This document shows positions 1 through 7,979 of a stretch of 40,000 nt of DNA, one piece after another (the first letter of the stretch is position 1; each line of letters begins with the position of its first letter). The DNA comes from an uncultured Planctomycetota bacterium (lineage in GTDB: Bacteria; Planctomycetota; Planctomycetia; Pirellulales; Lacipirellulaceae). The stretch lies in contig CAWEDY010000004.1 in NCBI GenBank assembly GCA_963807935.1, positions 76,522 to 116,521 of the forward strand, read 5' to 3'. The notes under the pieces are model-generated. The model searched no databases and was not told where the DNA came from. It saw nothing but the letters and a program-made list of their open reading frames with translations. The position numbers and the translations under genes are program-made.

Positions 1-105
1 CAGGATTTCGCCTTCGATCGCTTCGGACTCTTGACCGCACGGAAGGGCGGCGGCAAGCCTCACGCGATTTACTTCGACACGCTCACTTACACCGTCGCGC
101 CTTGA
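1..105 (+). CDS. 3' end of an unidentified protein-coding gene (partial, ...YFDTLTYTVAP*)
   Basis: Frame is open from the window edge to TGA at 103-105. The 34 residues are too few to assign a family. Confidence 0.3.
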   Translation, partial: QDFAFDRFGLLTARKGGGKPHAIYFDTLTYTVAP

Positions 106-245
106 GCACGCGGGATGCCTTTAATAAGCTCTCGCCGGCGCGCTCGTCTGCAGGCCTCGCGGGCATCGACGTAGATTCCTGGATTTGCGGCACGGCAATC
201 GTCAATGCCGGAACGATCCGGGTCGAATCTAGAGCGTTTTTCAAG

Positions 246-688
246 TTACCGGGGCTCCAGAAAAGGGGTCAGACCTGCTCTGTCGAAAACCTTTTGGCGG
301 GGGAGAATCATTACGTTCAGCGTGAGCGCTTTGAGGATGATCTCGCGTGATTGGGACCAGTAGTTGCGCGGTCGCAGCCCAGCGCCCAGCACGCGTAAAG
401 CTACTATCCACCAGTGCGGAAACTGCACACGAAAATCAGTCGTGTACTGGTCGCGATACAAATGAAAGCCCAATGCGTTGTCGTCCACGCGCATGAGCTG
501 CGCAACTCCTTGCGCTTCGCGATTCTTTGGTGGAACGAAACCGTATTCAATGCCCGCACGAACCAGACTCGCCCCGTTGCCGACTGTAGGTCGAATTTCT
601 TGCCTTGTACATGAATCGCGTACAGGTCATTCCAGTAGTAACTACGCACCCAAAAGGCAACTACAAGCGCAGGCCATAAGACATACAA
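246..688 (-). pseudogene. Hypothetical membrane-anchored protein (WVRSYYW ... PHWWIVAL type), split by a frameshift
   Basis: ORFs 404..688 and 246..494 overlap in different frames and read as one protein with an N-terminal TM helix plus WVRSY motif and a C-terminal FPHWW hydrophobic segment. The second frame is open upstream to about 620. The shift is plausibly at the GGG run near 552-555. Confidence 0.35.
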
Positions 689-738
689 CGGACACGGCGA
701 TTCGCACCTTGCGGAATCTCAAGGGCAGCTCCAAATGG

Positions 739-964
739 AGAACAACGTTGCAATCGGAATTCTAGAGCACAACGCAACCACTGTTGTAGTTGTGTATCCG
801 ACTACGGCGCTTGTTACGGATTCAAAAATTCAAAATCCGCCACGGCAAATGGGCTTGAAGGGCATCAAGAATTGCCTATATTTGACCGGTGAGAATGTCT
901 TATCGGCGGCTAGCGCCCAACGTCATAGTCGGATTTTTTGGTGCGGGGTGGAAACGTTGTGCTC
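739..964. repeat. Three partial copies of the tRNA-Gly D/anticodon arm, plus CGGATT/AATCCG hairpins
   Basis: 739-757 (+) matches tRNA 1106-1124 at 16/19. 763-774 (+) tagagcacaacg is identical to tRNA 1104-1115, with weaker similarity continuing to about 812. 950-964 (-) gagcacaacgtttcc matches tRNA 1106-1120 at 14/15. Confidence 0.5.
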
Positions 965-1058
965 AAAAATCCGGCGCAATCCGGTCGGATTTGGGGTGCA
1001 AACCTGGGTTGCACCCTAATCTCGGATGGACCCACTTTTATGGTAAAACGTGACCCGG

Positions 1059-1064
1059 TATAAT
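1059..1064 (+). promoter_or_regulatory. Possible -10 box (TATAAT) for the tRNA-Gly gene
   Basis: Perfect TATAAT lies 20 nt upstream of the tRNA 5' end. The -35 region (TTTTAT at 17 nt spacing) is poor. Confidence 0.3.
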
Positions 1065-1084
1065 CAAAAGACTTTTGACGTTTC

Positions 1085-1157
1085 GCGGGTGTAGCTCAGT
1101 TGGTAGAGCACAACGTTGCCAACGTTGTTGTCGTCGGTTCGAATCCGATCACCCGCT
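1085..1157 (+). tRNA. tRNA-Gly (anticodon GCC)
   Basis: Cloverleaf by eye: acceptor GCGGGTG/CACCCGC, D arm GCTC..GAGC, anticodon stem CAACG/CGTTG with loop TTGCCAA, T arm GTCGG-TTCGAAT-CCGAT, discriminator T. CCA is not encoded. Confidence 0.95.
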
Positions 1158-1231
1158 CTGGGAAAAGTTGTCAGCCGGGAGCTTTCAGGCGTTGCCAGAA
1201 GTTTGGGCTGCGAGCTGGCGGCTTTCACGGT

Positions 1232-1276
1232 GGCCCGCGCTTTTTGGGGATTAAAGGGGCGCGGGCCGTTTTGCTT
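1232..1276 (+). terminator. Intrinsic terminator candidate downstream of tRNA-Gly
   Basis: GGCCCGCGC (1232-1240) pairs with GCGCGGGCC (1259-1267) and is followed by GTTTTGCTT. The 18-nt loop is long for a terminator. Confidence 0.5.
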
Positions 1277-1307
1277 GGGGCAGCTTTTTACAGGGTAAGT
1301 GAGGCAC

Positions 1308-2816
1308 ATGGCCGGAGATCGAGCCGAGGACGAAAAAGTTGACGGTGGATCGGAATCGTCCGCCGTGGCGGTCGAGACAAACGGCGAGGAGGAAGCCCCG
1401 CAGAAGTTGGATCTCGACGTTCAGGTTACGAACCCCAGCGCGTGCGAGCGTCACGTGACGGTGACGATCGCCCGGGGCGATATCGACCGGTATTTTGATG
1501 ATGCGTTCGGCGAGATGATGCCGACGGCGGCGGTGCCGGGGTTTCGGATTGGCCGGGCGCCGCGGAAGGTCGTCGAGCATCGTTTTCGCGACGAAGTCTC
1601 CGACCAGGTGAAAAGTGCGCTGTTATTAGACAGCTTGGAGCAGATCAGCGAGGAGCAGCGGTTCACGGCGATCAGCGAGCCGAACTTCGATCTGGAAGCC
1701 GTCGAAGTTCCCAAAGACGGTCCGATGACGTTCGAGTTCACGATCGAAGTACGGCCCGAGTTCGAGATGCCGAAGTGGAAGGGGCTGAAGCTCAATCGCC
1801 CGGTGCGCGAATTTACAGATGCGGATGTCGATGAGCAGCTCGAGCAAATGCTGTCGCGATACGGGCAATTGGCGCCGTACGAGGGCGCAGCCTCTGCCGG
1901 CGACTATGTGTCGTTGAACATTACGTCGACGGCGGATGGCCAACAGGTAGCGCGCGAAAGCGAAGCTGTGGTGCGGATTCGTCCGGCGCTGAGCTTCCGC
2001 GACTCGCGGCTGGATGGATTCGCCGGGTTAATGAAGGGCGTGAAAGAGGGCGACCGCCGTACGGCCGAGGTAACGCTCAGCAAAGATGCGCCGAATGCAG
2101 AATTGCGGGGCAAGAAAGTTCATCTGGAATTTGAAGTGCTGGGCGTGAAGAAGCTGAAACTGCCCGAACTGACCGAGGATTTCTTACAGGAGCTGGGCGG
2201 ATTTGCGACGGAAGCGGAACTGCGCGAGGCGATTCGCAAGAATCTCGAGCGGCAGATGGAATACCAGCAGCAGAAGATCGCGCGAAGCCAAATCTCGTCG
2301 TTGCTCACCAAGAGCGCGGACTGGGAACTTCCGCCCGGCCTGTTGCAGCGGCAAAGCGCCCGCGAATTGGAGCGGGCGGTGATGGAGCTGCGGCGCAGCG
2401 GCTTCAGCGAAGCGGAAATTCGCGCTCGCGAGAACTTGTTGCGGCAAAACAGCACGTCGAGCACGGCCACGGCTCTCAAAGAGCATTTCATTTTGGAGCG
2501 GATCGCCGAAGAAGAAAAAATCGACGTGGATGAAGGCGATTACGAGAAAGAAATATTCTTGATCGCGGCGCAGAGCGGGGAGTCTCCGCGGCGCGTGCGA
2601 GCTCAATTGGAAAAACGAGGGCTGATGGACGTGCTGCGGAATCAGATCGTCGAGCGCAAAGTGCTCGAATTGGTGCAATCGGAGGCCAAATTCAAAGACG
2701 AGCCGTACCAACCTGAAAAAACCGACACGGAGGCAATTTCAATGGCGGCCGGTGGCGGAACGGGGGGCGAGATTCCCGTGATCACCGAGAAGAATGAAGA
2801 AAGCGAAACGGAGTGA
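1308..2816 (+). CDS. tig: Trigger factor (ribosome-associated peptidyl-prolyl isomerase/chaperone)
   Basis: Full-length ORF (track start 1299 is GTG; first ATG is 1308). Trigger-factor architecture with an N-terminal ribosome-binding region (VTVTI..FGEM..VPGFR.GRAP). Classic tig-clpP gene order. Acidic N- and C-terminal extensions. Confidence 0.92.
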   Translation: MAGDRAEDEKVDGGSESSAVAVETNGEEEAPQKLDLDVQVTNPSACERHVTVTIARGDIDRYFDDAFGEMMPTAAVPGFRIGRAPRKVVEHRFRDEVSDQVKSALLLDSLEQISEEQRFTAISEPNFDLEAVEVPKDGPMTFEFTIEVRPEFEMPKWKGLKLNRPVREFTDADVDEQLEQMLSRYGQLAPYEGAASAGDYVSLNITSTADGQQVARESEAVVRIRPALSFRDSRLDGFAGLMKGVKEGDRRTAEVTLSKDAPNAELRGKKVHLEFEVLGVKKLKLPELTEDFLQELGGFATEAELREAIRKNLERQMEYQQQKIARSQISSLLTKSADWELPPGLLQRQSARELERAVMELRRSGFSEAEIRARENLLRQNSTSSTATALKEHFILERIAEEEKIDVDEGDYEKEIFLIAAQSGESPRRVRAQLEKRGLMDVLRNQIVERKVLELVQSEAKFKDEPYQPEKTDTEAISMAAGGGTGGEIPVITEKNEESETE

Positions 2817-2907
2817 GCGCACTGGCCTTGTTTAGAGGCTGTGCGTGGGCACACAATAGTGGCCGCTTGGAGGCCGGCGAACCGTCGGCGCCATGATTTG
2901 GCTACAA

Positions 2908-3003
2908 GCGGTTTCAAAACGGGGGGCTAGCACCCCCGCGGCTGACCGGATCAGCCGGAACGCGCTAGCGTCCGGTTGATGGGGGTTGAGTTTTGAAACT
3001 GCT
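2908..3003 (+). other. About 95-nt multi-hairpin element in the tig-clpP spacer (function unknown)
   Basis: Closing helix AGCGGTTTCAAAAC (2908-2921) / GTTTTGAAACTGCT (2990-3003) matches 13/14. It encloses hairpins GGGGG..CCCCC, GGCTGA-CCGGA-TCAGCC and GGAACGC-GCTA-GCGTCC. Confidence 0.3.
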
Positions 3004-3139
3004 GATAGTCAGTAAAGTGACCAGTCCGCACCACGGGTGTCCGCGACGCTGAGCGTCGAGTTATCGCGTTCCCAGGCCGAGCGTGGGAAGGCGAAACGCT
3101 GCCCCTTGACGTTTGCCGCCGCACACAAAGGATTCTCCT

Positions 3140-3775
3140 ATGAAGAGCACCAGACATGAGCCGATTGCAGCGTTCGGTGAGGTAGCGTCCCAGGCGATGC
3201 GCGATTATCAGCGTCAGCGGCAGATGACGCTGGGCGATCTGTTGTTGGAAAACCGCGTGATCTTCCTGCAGGGAGAGATCTACGACGGCAACGCCAACGA
3301 GCTGGTGATGAAGCTGCTGTATTTGCAGAGCGAAAATCGCCGCAAAGAGATTCATTTTTACATCAACTCTCCCGGCGGCAGCGTCACGGCTACGCTGGCA
3401 ATTTACGACACGATGCAGATGATCTCCTGCCCAGTGGCGACTTATTGCGTCGGCTTGGCGGCCAGCGGCGGGGCGGTTCTATTGGCCGGCGGCGAGAAAG
3501 GCAAGCGGTTCGCGCTACAACACGCCAAAGTGATGATTCACCAGCCGCACGGCGGCGTCGGCGGGCAGGTCTCGGATATCGAGATTCAAGCCAACGAAAT
3601 CATCCGCACCCGCATGGCGCTGAACGAGATACTGGCCCAGCACTCCGGCAAAACGGTCGAGGAAATCGCCAAGGCCTGCGACCGCGACTACTACATGACC
3701 CCGGAAGAGGCCAAAGCGTTTGGCATCGTGGACGATATTCTGTTGAAGCAGCCGGTGAGCGAGGATGAAGAGTAA
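3140..3775 (+). CDS. clpP: ATP-dependent Clp protease proteolytic subunit, divergent paralog
   Basis: ClpP motifs INSPGGSV, Ser in GLAASGGAV, His in MIHQP, Asp in DRDYYM. ATG at 3140 is preceded by AAGGA (track start 3113 is TTG). N-terminal extension relative to the second copy. Confidence 0.9.
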   Translation: MKSTRHEPIAAFGEVASQAMRDYQRQRQMTLGDLLLENRVIFLQGEIYDGNANELVMKLLYLQSENRRKEIHFYINSPGGSVTATLAIYDTMQMISCPVATYCVGLAASGGAVLLAGGEKGKRFALQHAKVMIHQPHGGVGGQVSDIEIQANEIIRTRMALNEILAQHSGKTVEEIAKACDRDYYMTPEEAKAFGIVDDILLKQPVSEDEE

Positions 3776-3896
3776 CGTTTTTCAACCACACCGGCGCAAC
3801 GCCCAGGACGAGAAATGACCAATTGCGAAAGCTCATAAAAGTTACTCGTCGTGCCGCCGTGGTTCCATTTAATCGCATTTGAGCGCCTAAAATAAC

Positions 3897-4502
3897 ATGT
3901 CTCTAATTCCCTACGTAATCGAAAAGAGTGGCCGCGAAGAGCGGGCGATGGATATTTACAGTCGCCTGCTGAAGGACCGCATAGTAATGCTCGGCTCCGC
4001 GGTGAACGACGACGTGGCCAACAGCCTCGTCGCGCAGCTATTGTTCCTGCAATCGGATGATCCGAAGTCGGACATTCATTTGTACATCAACTCGCCCGGT
4101 GGCAGCGTGACCGCCGGTCTGGCAATCTACGACACGATGCAGTTTGTTTCTTGCGACGTAGCGACGTACTGCGTGGGCCAGTGCGCGTCGATGGGAGCGG
4201 TGCTGCTGGCGGCCGGGGCCGAGGGCAAACGCCACGCCCTGCCGAACGCCCGGATCATGATTCATCAACCATCTGCGGGTATGGAGGGCTCGGCCGAAGA
4301 TATTCTCATTCATGCCACGGAATATAAGCGGACCAAGGAGCGGCTGAATCGCATCCTCTTCAACCATACGGGGCGCTCGCTCGAGCAAATCGAGAAGGAT
4401 ACGGACCGCGACAAATTCATGTCGGCTGAGGAGGCGATGGAGTATCGGCTCATCGATAAGGTGATTACGAGTCTGTCGCAGAGCAAAGGGATGACAGCTT
4501 AG
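3897..4502 (+). CDS. clpP: ATP-dependent Clp protease proteolytic subunit, canonical
   Basis: Near-consensus ClpP: [44 protein letters not shown]. Confidence 0.95.
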   Translation: MSLIPYVIEKSGREERAMDIYSRLLKDRIVMLGSAVNDDVANSLVAQLLFLQSDDPKSDIHLYINSPGGSVTAGLAIYDTMQFVSCDVATYCVGQCASMGAVLLAAGAEGKRHALPNARIMIHQPSAGMEGSAEDILIHATEYKRTKERLNRILFNHTGRSLEQIEKDTDRDKFMSAEEAMEYRLIDKVITSLSQSKGMTA

Positions 4503-4507
4503 CGGGC

Positions 4508-4535
4508 GGATGCGGGATACGGAGAGCAGGAAAAG
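4508..4535 (+). repeat. Heptamer tandem array, GGATGCR family
   Basis: GGATGCG GGATACG GAGAGCA GGAAAAG begins 6 nt after the clpP stop codon. Confidence 0.6.
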
Positions 4536-4650
4536 GACATCTGGTTCGACCCCACTCCGTGCATGCGTCGTCCTCAACCCTTCATTGCTAGCGTCGTTTC
4601 GGCTTGACGCTGGCGCGGCGATTTTCTATTGAATGGCCCGGGAAAGCTGA

Positions 4651-5028
4651 TTGCCGGCCTCACCCGCTCATCTGCGGCGCTGCGCCGCGAAGTCTCTTCA
4701 GGTCATTGTCTTGCATTATCGTGGACAAACAACGCGATCGAGCCGCGCGAGATCTTCGCGGCTGCTCTGGGCTGCGCTGTTGCTGCCATGCCTTGGCGGC
4801 TGTCAGAACAACTCGGAGCGGGACTTGATTGCTCGCAATCGCCGGGCCCAAGAAGACCAGCTTTACGCGCTGGACGATTACGTTTCGCAGTATCAGCAGC
4901 TTGTTTGTCGGTATCGGTCGGAAAATAGCTCATTGCGACGGCAGTTGGCCCAAGAACGTGGCGGCGCACCCGCGCAGGCGCGAGCCGCGACCGATGCCAA
5001 GTCCGCCAAGCAACGTGCCCGCAACTAA
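4651..5028 (+). CDS. Lipoprotein N-terminal portion (signal peptide, lipobox, coiled-coil-like segment)
   Basis: RSSRLLWAALLLPCLGGCQ is a lipobox (LGGC). The probable real start is TTG 4711. The Q/R/L-rich segment reads as genuine coding. It ends at TAA 5026-5028 while overlapping the next ORF. Confidence 0.5.
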   Translation: MPASPAHLRRCAAKSLQVIVLHYRGQTTRSSRARSSRLLWAALLLPCLGGCQNNSERDLIARNRRAQEDQLYALDDYVSQYQQLVCRYRSENSSLRRQLAQERGGAPAQARAATDAKSAKQRARN

Positions 5029-6019
5029 CCACGGTCCGAAGATCGAAATCCCACCGTCTCCTGGCGGCGGAAAAAAACAAACGCCGACCCCCGAGCTCGA
5101 AGTGCCTGAAGTTCCACCGCTCAAGCAAACGACATTGGACGATGCGGATCCCCACTCGCCGGCGGAGGCGGCAAATATCAACGGGCAAGCCAAACAAGCC
5201 ACGGGTGTGCTGGCCAGCAGGTATGAGGGACAAACCAAAACACGGATCGAAAGCGAACCATCGCAAGACGTGCTATTGTCCGGCGAAGTCGTTGCCAACG
5301 GCGGCGGGGGGCCGCGGATGATCGTCGATATCGAGCCGTTCGATCGCTCCGGCCACACCGACCGGTTTGAGGGCAACATATCGATGATGCTTGTGGCGAC
5401 CGATGCGGACGGCCAGCATCGGAGCCTGGCGCGCTGGGACTTCTCCCCCCACGATGTACCTTCGGCGATGGACCCGGCCGCGAACGAACCGGCCATGCGG
5501 TTCCACCTTGAATTGCCTGCCGGCACTTTGGTGGACGACGATTCGACCGAGCTGTGGGTGAGATTGGCGCCGACGAACGGCGACAAGCTGCTAAGCCACG
5601 CGCGGGTCGATCTTTCGCAGCCGGGTGGTTTCTCATCGCGGACCAATAAAATTTGGCCATCGGAAGAATCGGTCGTGGCGGCGAGCTACGTCGACACGCC
5701 GACCCAACCGAGCGACATCGCGGCCACCGGGAACGAAGGAAAGTGGGCGACCGCCCAGCCCGGCAAGCCGGCGAATTTGCCGGTGGATCCCGAGCGTGCA
5801 GGAGGCGGTTGGCGGGCATCGAGCGAGCCCTTGCCGGCCGTTGTTGCCAGTGCGACGCCGGCGGCTCCAATACATAGCGGCCCACAGAAGAGCTCCGATA
5901 CGAGTTCGACTAGCACCGTCACGCCCCACATCGCCCCCAAAACGTCGTGGTCGCCCGAACGGCTTACTCGGGCGTCGCATGATACCGCCGCGCGACCGAG
6001 TTGGTCGGCGACGCGGTAA
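4994..6019 (+). CDS. Pro-rich linker plus beta-rich domain protein; probably the C-terminal part of the preceding lipoprotein
   Basis: The +1 frame relative to 4651..5028 reads as coding from about 4960 onward. ATG 4994 is the first in-frame Met. There is no signal peptide of its own. Confidence 0.5.
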   Translation: MPSPPSNVPATNHGPKIEIPPSPGGGKKQTPTPELEVPEVPPLKQTTLDDADPHSPAEAANINGQAKQATGVLASRYEGQTKTRIESEPSQDVLLSGEVVANGGGGPRMIVDIEPFDRSGHTDRFEGNISMMLVATDADGQHRSLARWDFSPHDVPSAMDPAANEPAMRFHLELPAGTLVDDDSTELWVRLAPTNGDKLLSHARVDLSQPGGFSSRTNKIWPSEESVVAASYVDTPTQPSDIAATGNEGKWATAQPGKPANLPVDPERAGGGWRASSEPLPAVVASATPAAPIHSGPQKSSDTSSTSTVTPHIAPKTSWSPERLTRASHDTAARPSWSATR

Positions 6020-6130
6020 AAGTGCGCAGGCGCGTCCTCACCCTTCCCTTGCTTAGCGGGCTTGGAACGATGGCTAGTTCGAGCGTCGCGTGCGTTGTCA
6101 CGAGGTTTGGCGTAACTTAAACTCGTCTGC

Positions 6131-7975
6131 ATGACCGATGTCGAGCCACTGGTTGCCGCCGAACCCGCTACGCGCCTGAATGTTGCGGACAGACTCGCGG
6201 CGGTCGCGGCTGCAAATCCACACGCCTTGGCGGTTGCGGTGGCGTGCCCGGCGCTACGATCATCCCGTCGCGTACACTCTCATCGCGGCGAATCGGGTGC
6301 CGTTTACGCGACTGCTACGTTCGCGGAGTTGGATGCAGACGCGACGCGAATCGCGCGGGGGCTTTTGGCCTGGGGCGTGCCGCGTGGGACGCGGTTGGCG
6401 CTGTTGGTGCGGCCTGGCATCGAATTTGTGACGCTGGTCTTCGGGCTGCTTCGGGCCGGCATGGCGATCGTACTCGTTGACCCGGGATTAGGTCGCCGCA
6501 ATTTGACTTGCTGCCTGGCGGAAGCGGCGCCGGGCGGATTCGTGGCGATTAGCGTCGCGCAGGCAGCACGCCTATTGCTGCGACACAAATTTCCACACGC
6601 GCGGTGGAATGTGACCGTCGGCAAACGATGGTTGTGGGGCGGGTTGACGCTCGACGAATTGCGGACGATGGGCGAGCAGCAACAAAGCCGGCCGGGTACC
6701 AACGGCGCTGCCAGTACCGAGCATCTCAACACACCGGCGGAGCCATTGTCACCGACACGGCCCGATGATCCGGCGGCGATAATTTTTACTTCGGGCAGTA
6801 CGGGGCCGCCCAAGGGAGTGCTGTACACCCATCGGATGTTTGACACACAGGTTGCGGAGATTCAAACGGCATACGGCATCGAGGCGGGCGGCGTGGATTT
6901 GGCATGCTTTCCGTTGTTTGCGCTGTTCAATGCGGCGATGGGCGTGACGACCGTCTTTCCTAACATGGATTTTTCGCGGCCCGCGACGGCCGATCCCGAA
7001 AAGTTACTATCCGCTGCAAACAAGTGGCATGTGACGCAAGCCTTTGCGTCGCCCGCGGTGTGGCGCGTGCTGAGCGGTTATTGCGCACGGACTAGTAAAC
7101 AGATAGAGTCGTTGCGGCAAGTGTTTTCGTGCGGCGCGCCAGTGCCGGCGGATGTGCTGCGGGCCACGCTCGGGTGCGTCGCAAAGGATGCGAAGATGCA
7201 TACACCATATGGTGCAACCGAGTGCTTGCCGGTATCGACGATTGAAGCCGCGGAAGTGCTGGGCGAAACGGCGGCTAAAACGGATCAAGGCGCGGGCGTT
7301 TGTGTGGGTCGAAAGTTCGATTCAATTGAGTGGCGGGTGATTCGCATTACGGACGAACCGATCGCGAGCATCGATGACACGGACGAATTGCCAGTCGGTG
7401 ATATCGGCGAGCTGATCGTGCGTGGGCCGCAAGTGTCGGCACGCTATGTTACGCGGGTGGAAGCGAACGCGCAATCGAAGATTACCGATCGAGATACGTT
7501 TTGGCATCGCACCGGCGACGTGGGATACCTCGACGACGTTGGCCGTTTCTGGTACTGCGGCCGCAAGTCGCAGCGGGTAGTAACGCCGGCTGGCCCATTG
7601 TTCACCGAGTGCGTAGAAGGGGTGTTCAACCGGCATCCCGACGTGGAACTATCGGCACTGGTCGGCGTCGGTCGAGCGGGCGATCAGCTTCCCGTGATTG
7701 CGATCAAGTTCAGGGCGCGCGAGACGCAGACGCTCGTACGATTGTCGCGCAATTCGGGGCGAGAGGTTTTCGCCGATTTCGGCGCGCTGGCTGCAACGGC
7801 AATTCCAGCACACACGGTGTGCGATTGGATGGACTTCGAGGAAATGCCGGTCGACATCCGTCACAACTCGAAGATCAACCGCGAATTCTTGCGCGAAGGT
7901 GTCTCGATCCGTATCATGGCCGAACCGAAACTGTTTCATCCTGAGCTTGTGGCCCGAGTGAGACAAAACTCGTAA
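6131..7975 (+). CDS. oleC: AMP-dependent synthetase of the OleC (olefin beta-lactone synthetase) type
   Basis: Adenylate-forming motifs IIFTSGSTGPPKGV, YGATECLPV, WHRTGDVGYLD, GRFWYCGRKSQRV and C-terminal PVDIRHNSKI. The overall pattern matches OleC as I remember it. Confidence 0.75.
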   Translation: MTDVEPLVAAEPATRLNVADRLAAVAAANPHALAVAVACPALRSSRRVHSHRGESGAVYATATFAELDADATRIARGLLAWGVPRGTRLALLVRPGIEFVTLVFGLLRAGMAIVLVDPGLGRRNLTCCLAEAAPGGFVAISVAQAARLLLRHKFPHARWNVTVGKRWLWGGLTLDELRTMGEQQQSRPGTNGAASTEHLNTPAEPLSPTRPDDPAAIIFTSGSTGPPKGVLYTHRMFDTQVAEIQTAYGIEAGGVDLACFPLFALFNAAMGVTTVFPNMDFSRPATADPEKLLSAANKWHVTQAFASPAVWRVLSGYCARTSKQIESLRQVFSCGAPVPADVLRATLGCVAKDAKMHTPYGATECLPVSTIEAAEVLGETAAKTDQGAGVCVGRKFDSIEWRVIRITDEPIASIDDTDELPVGDIGELIVRGPQVSARYVTRVEANAQSKITDRDTFWHRTGDVGYLDDVGRFWYCGRKSQRVVTPAGPLFTECVEGVFNRHPDVELSALVGVGRAGDQLPVIAIKFRARETQTLVRLSRNSGREVFADFGALAATAIPAHTVCDWMDFEEMPVDIRHNSKINREFLREGVSIRIMAEPKLFHPELVARVRQNS

Positions 7976-7979
7976 CGAT

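Noticed and set aside
102-350. 82-aa plus-strand ORF after the partial gene, and the 94-aa ORF at 735-1019
   Set aside because: Neither has family resemblance or a start context. They overlap a better-supported minus-strand gene and the hairpin and tRNA-fragment region respectively.
2927-2970. CTAGCAC ... GCGCTAG as a CIRCE-like HrcA operator upstream of clpP
   Set aside because: The half-sites differ from TTAGCACTC/GAGTGCTAA, and the spacing is about 26 nt rather than 9 nt.
4540-4562. T-loop-like GGTTCGACCCC suggesting a second tRNA
   Set aside because: No complementary T-stem, acceptor stem or anticodon arm can be drawn around it.
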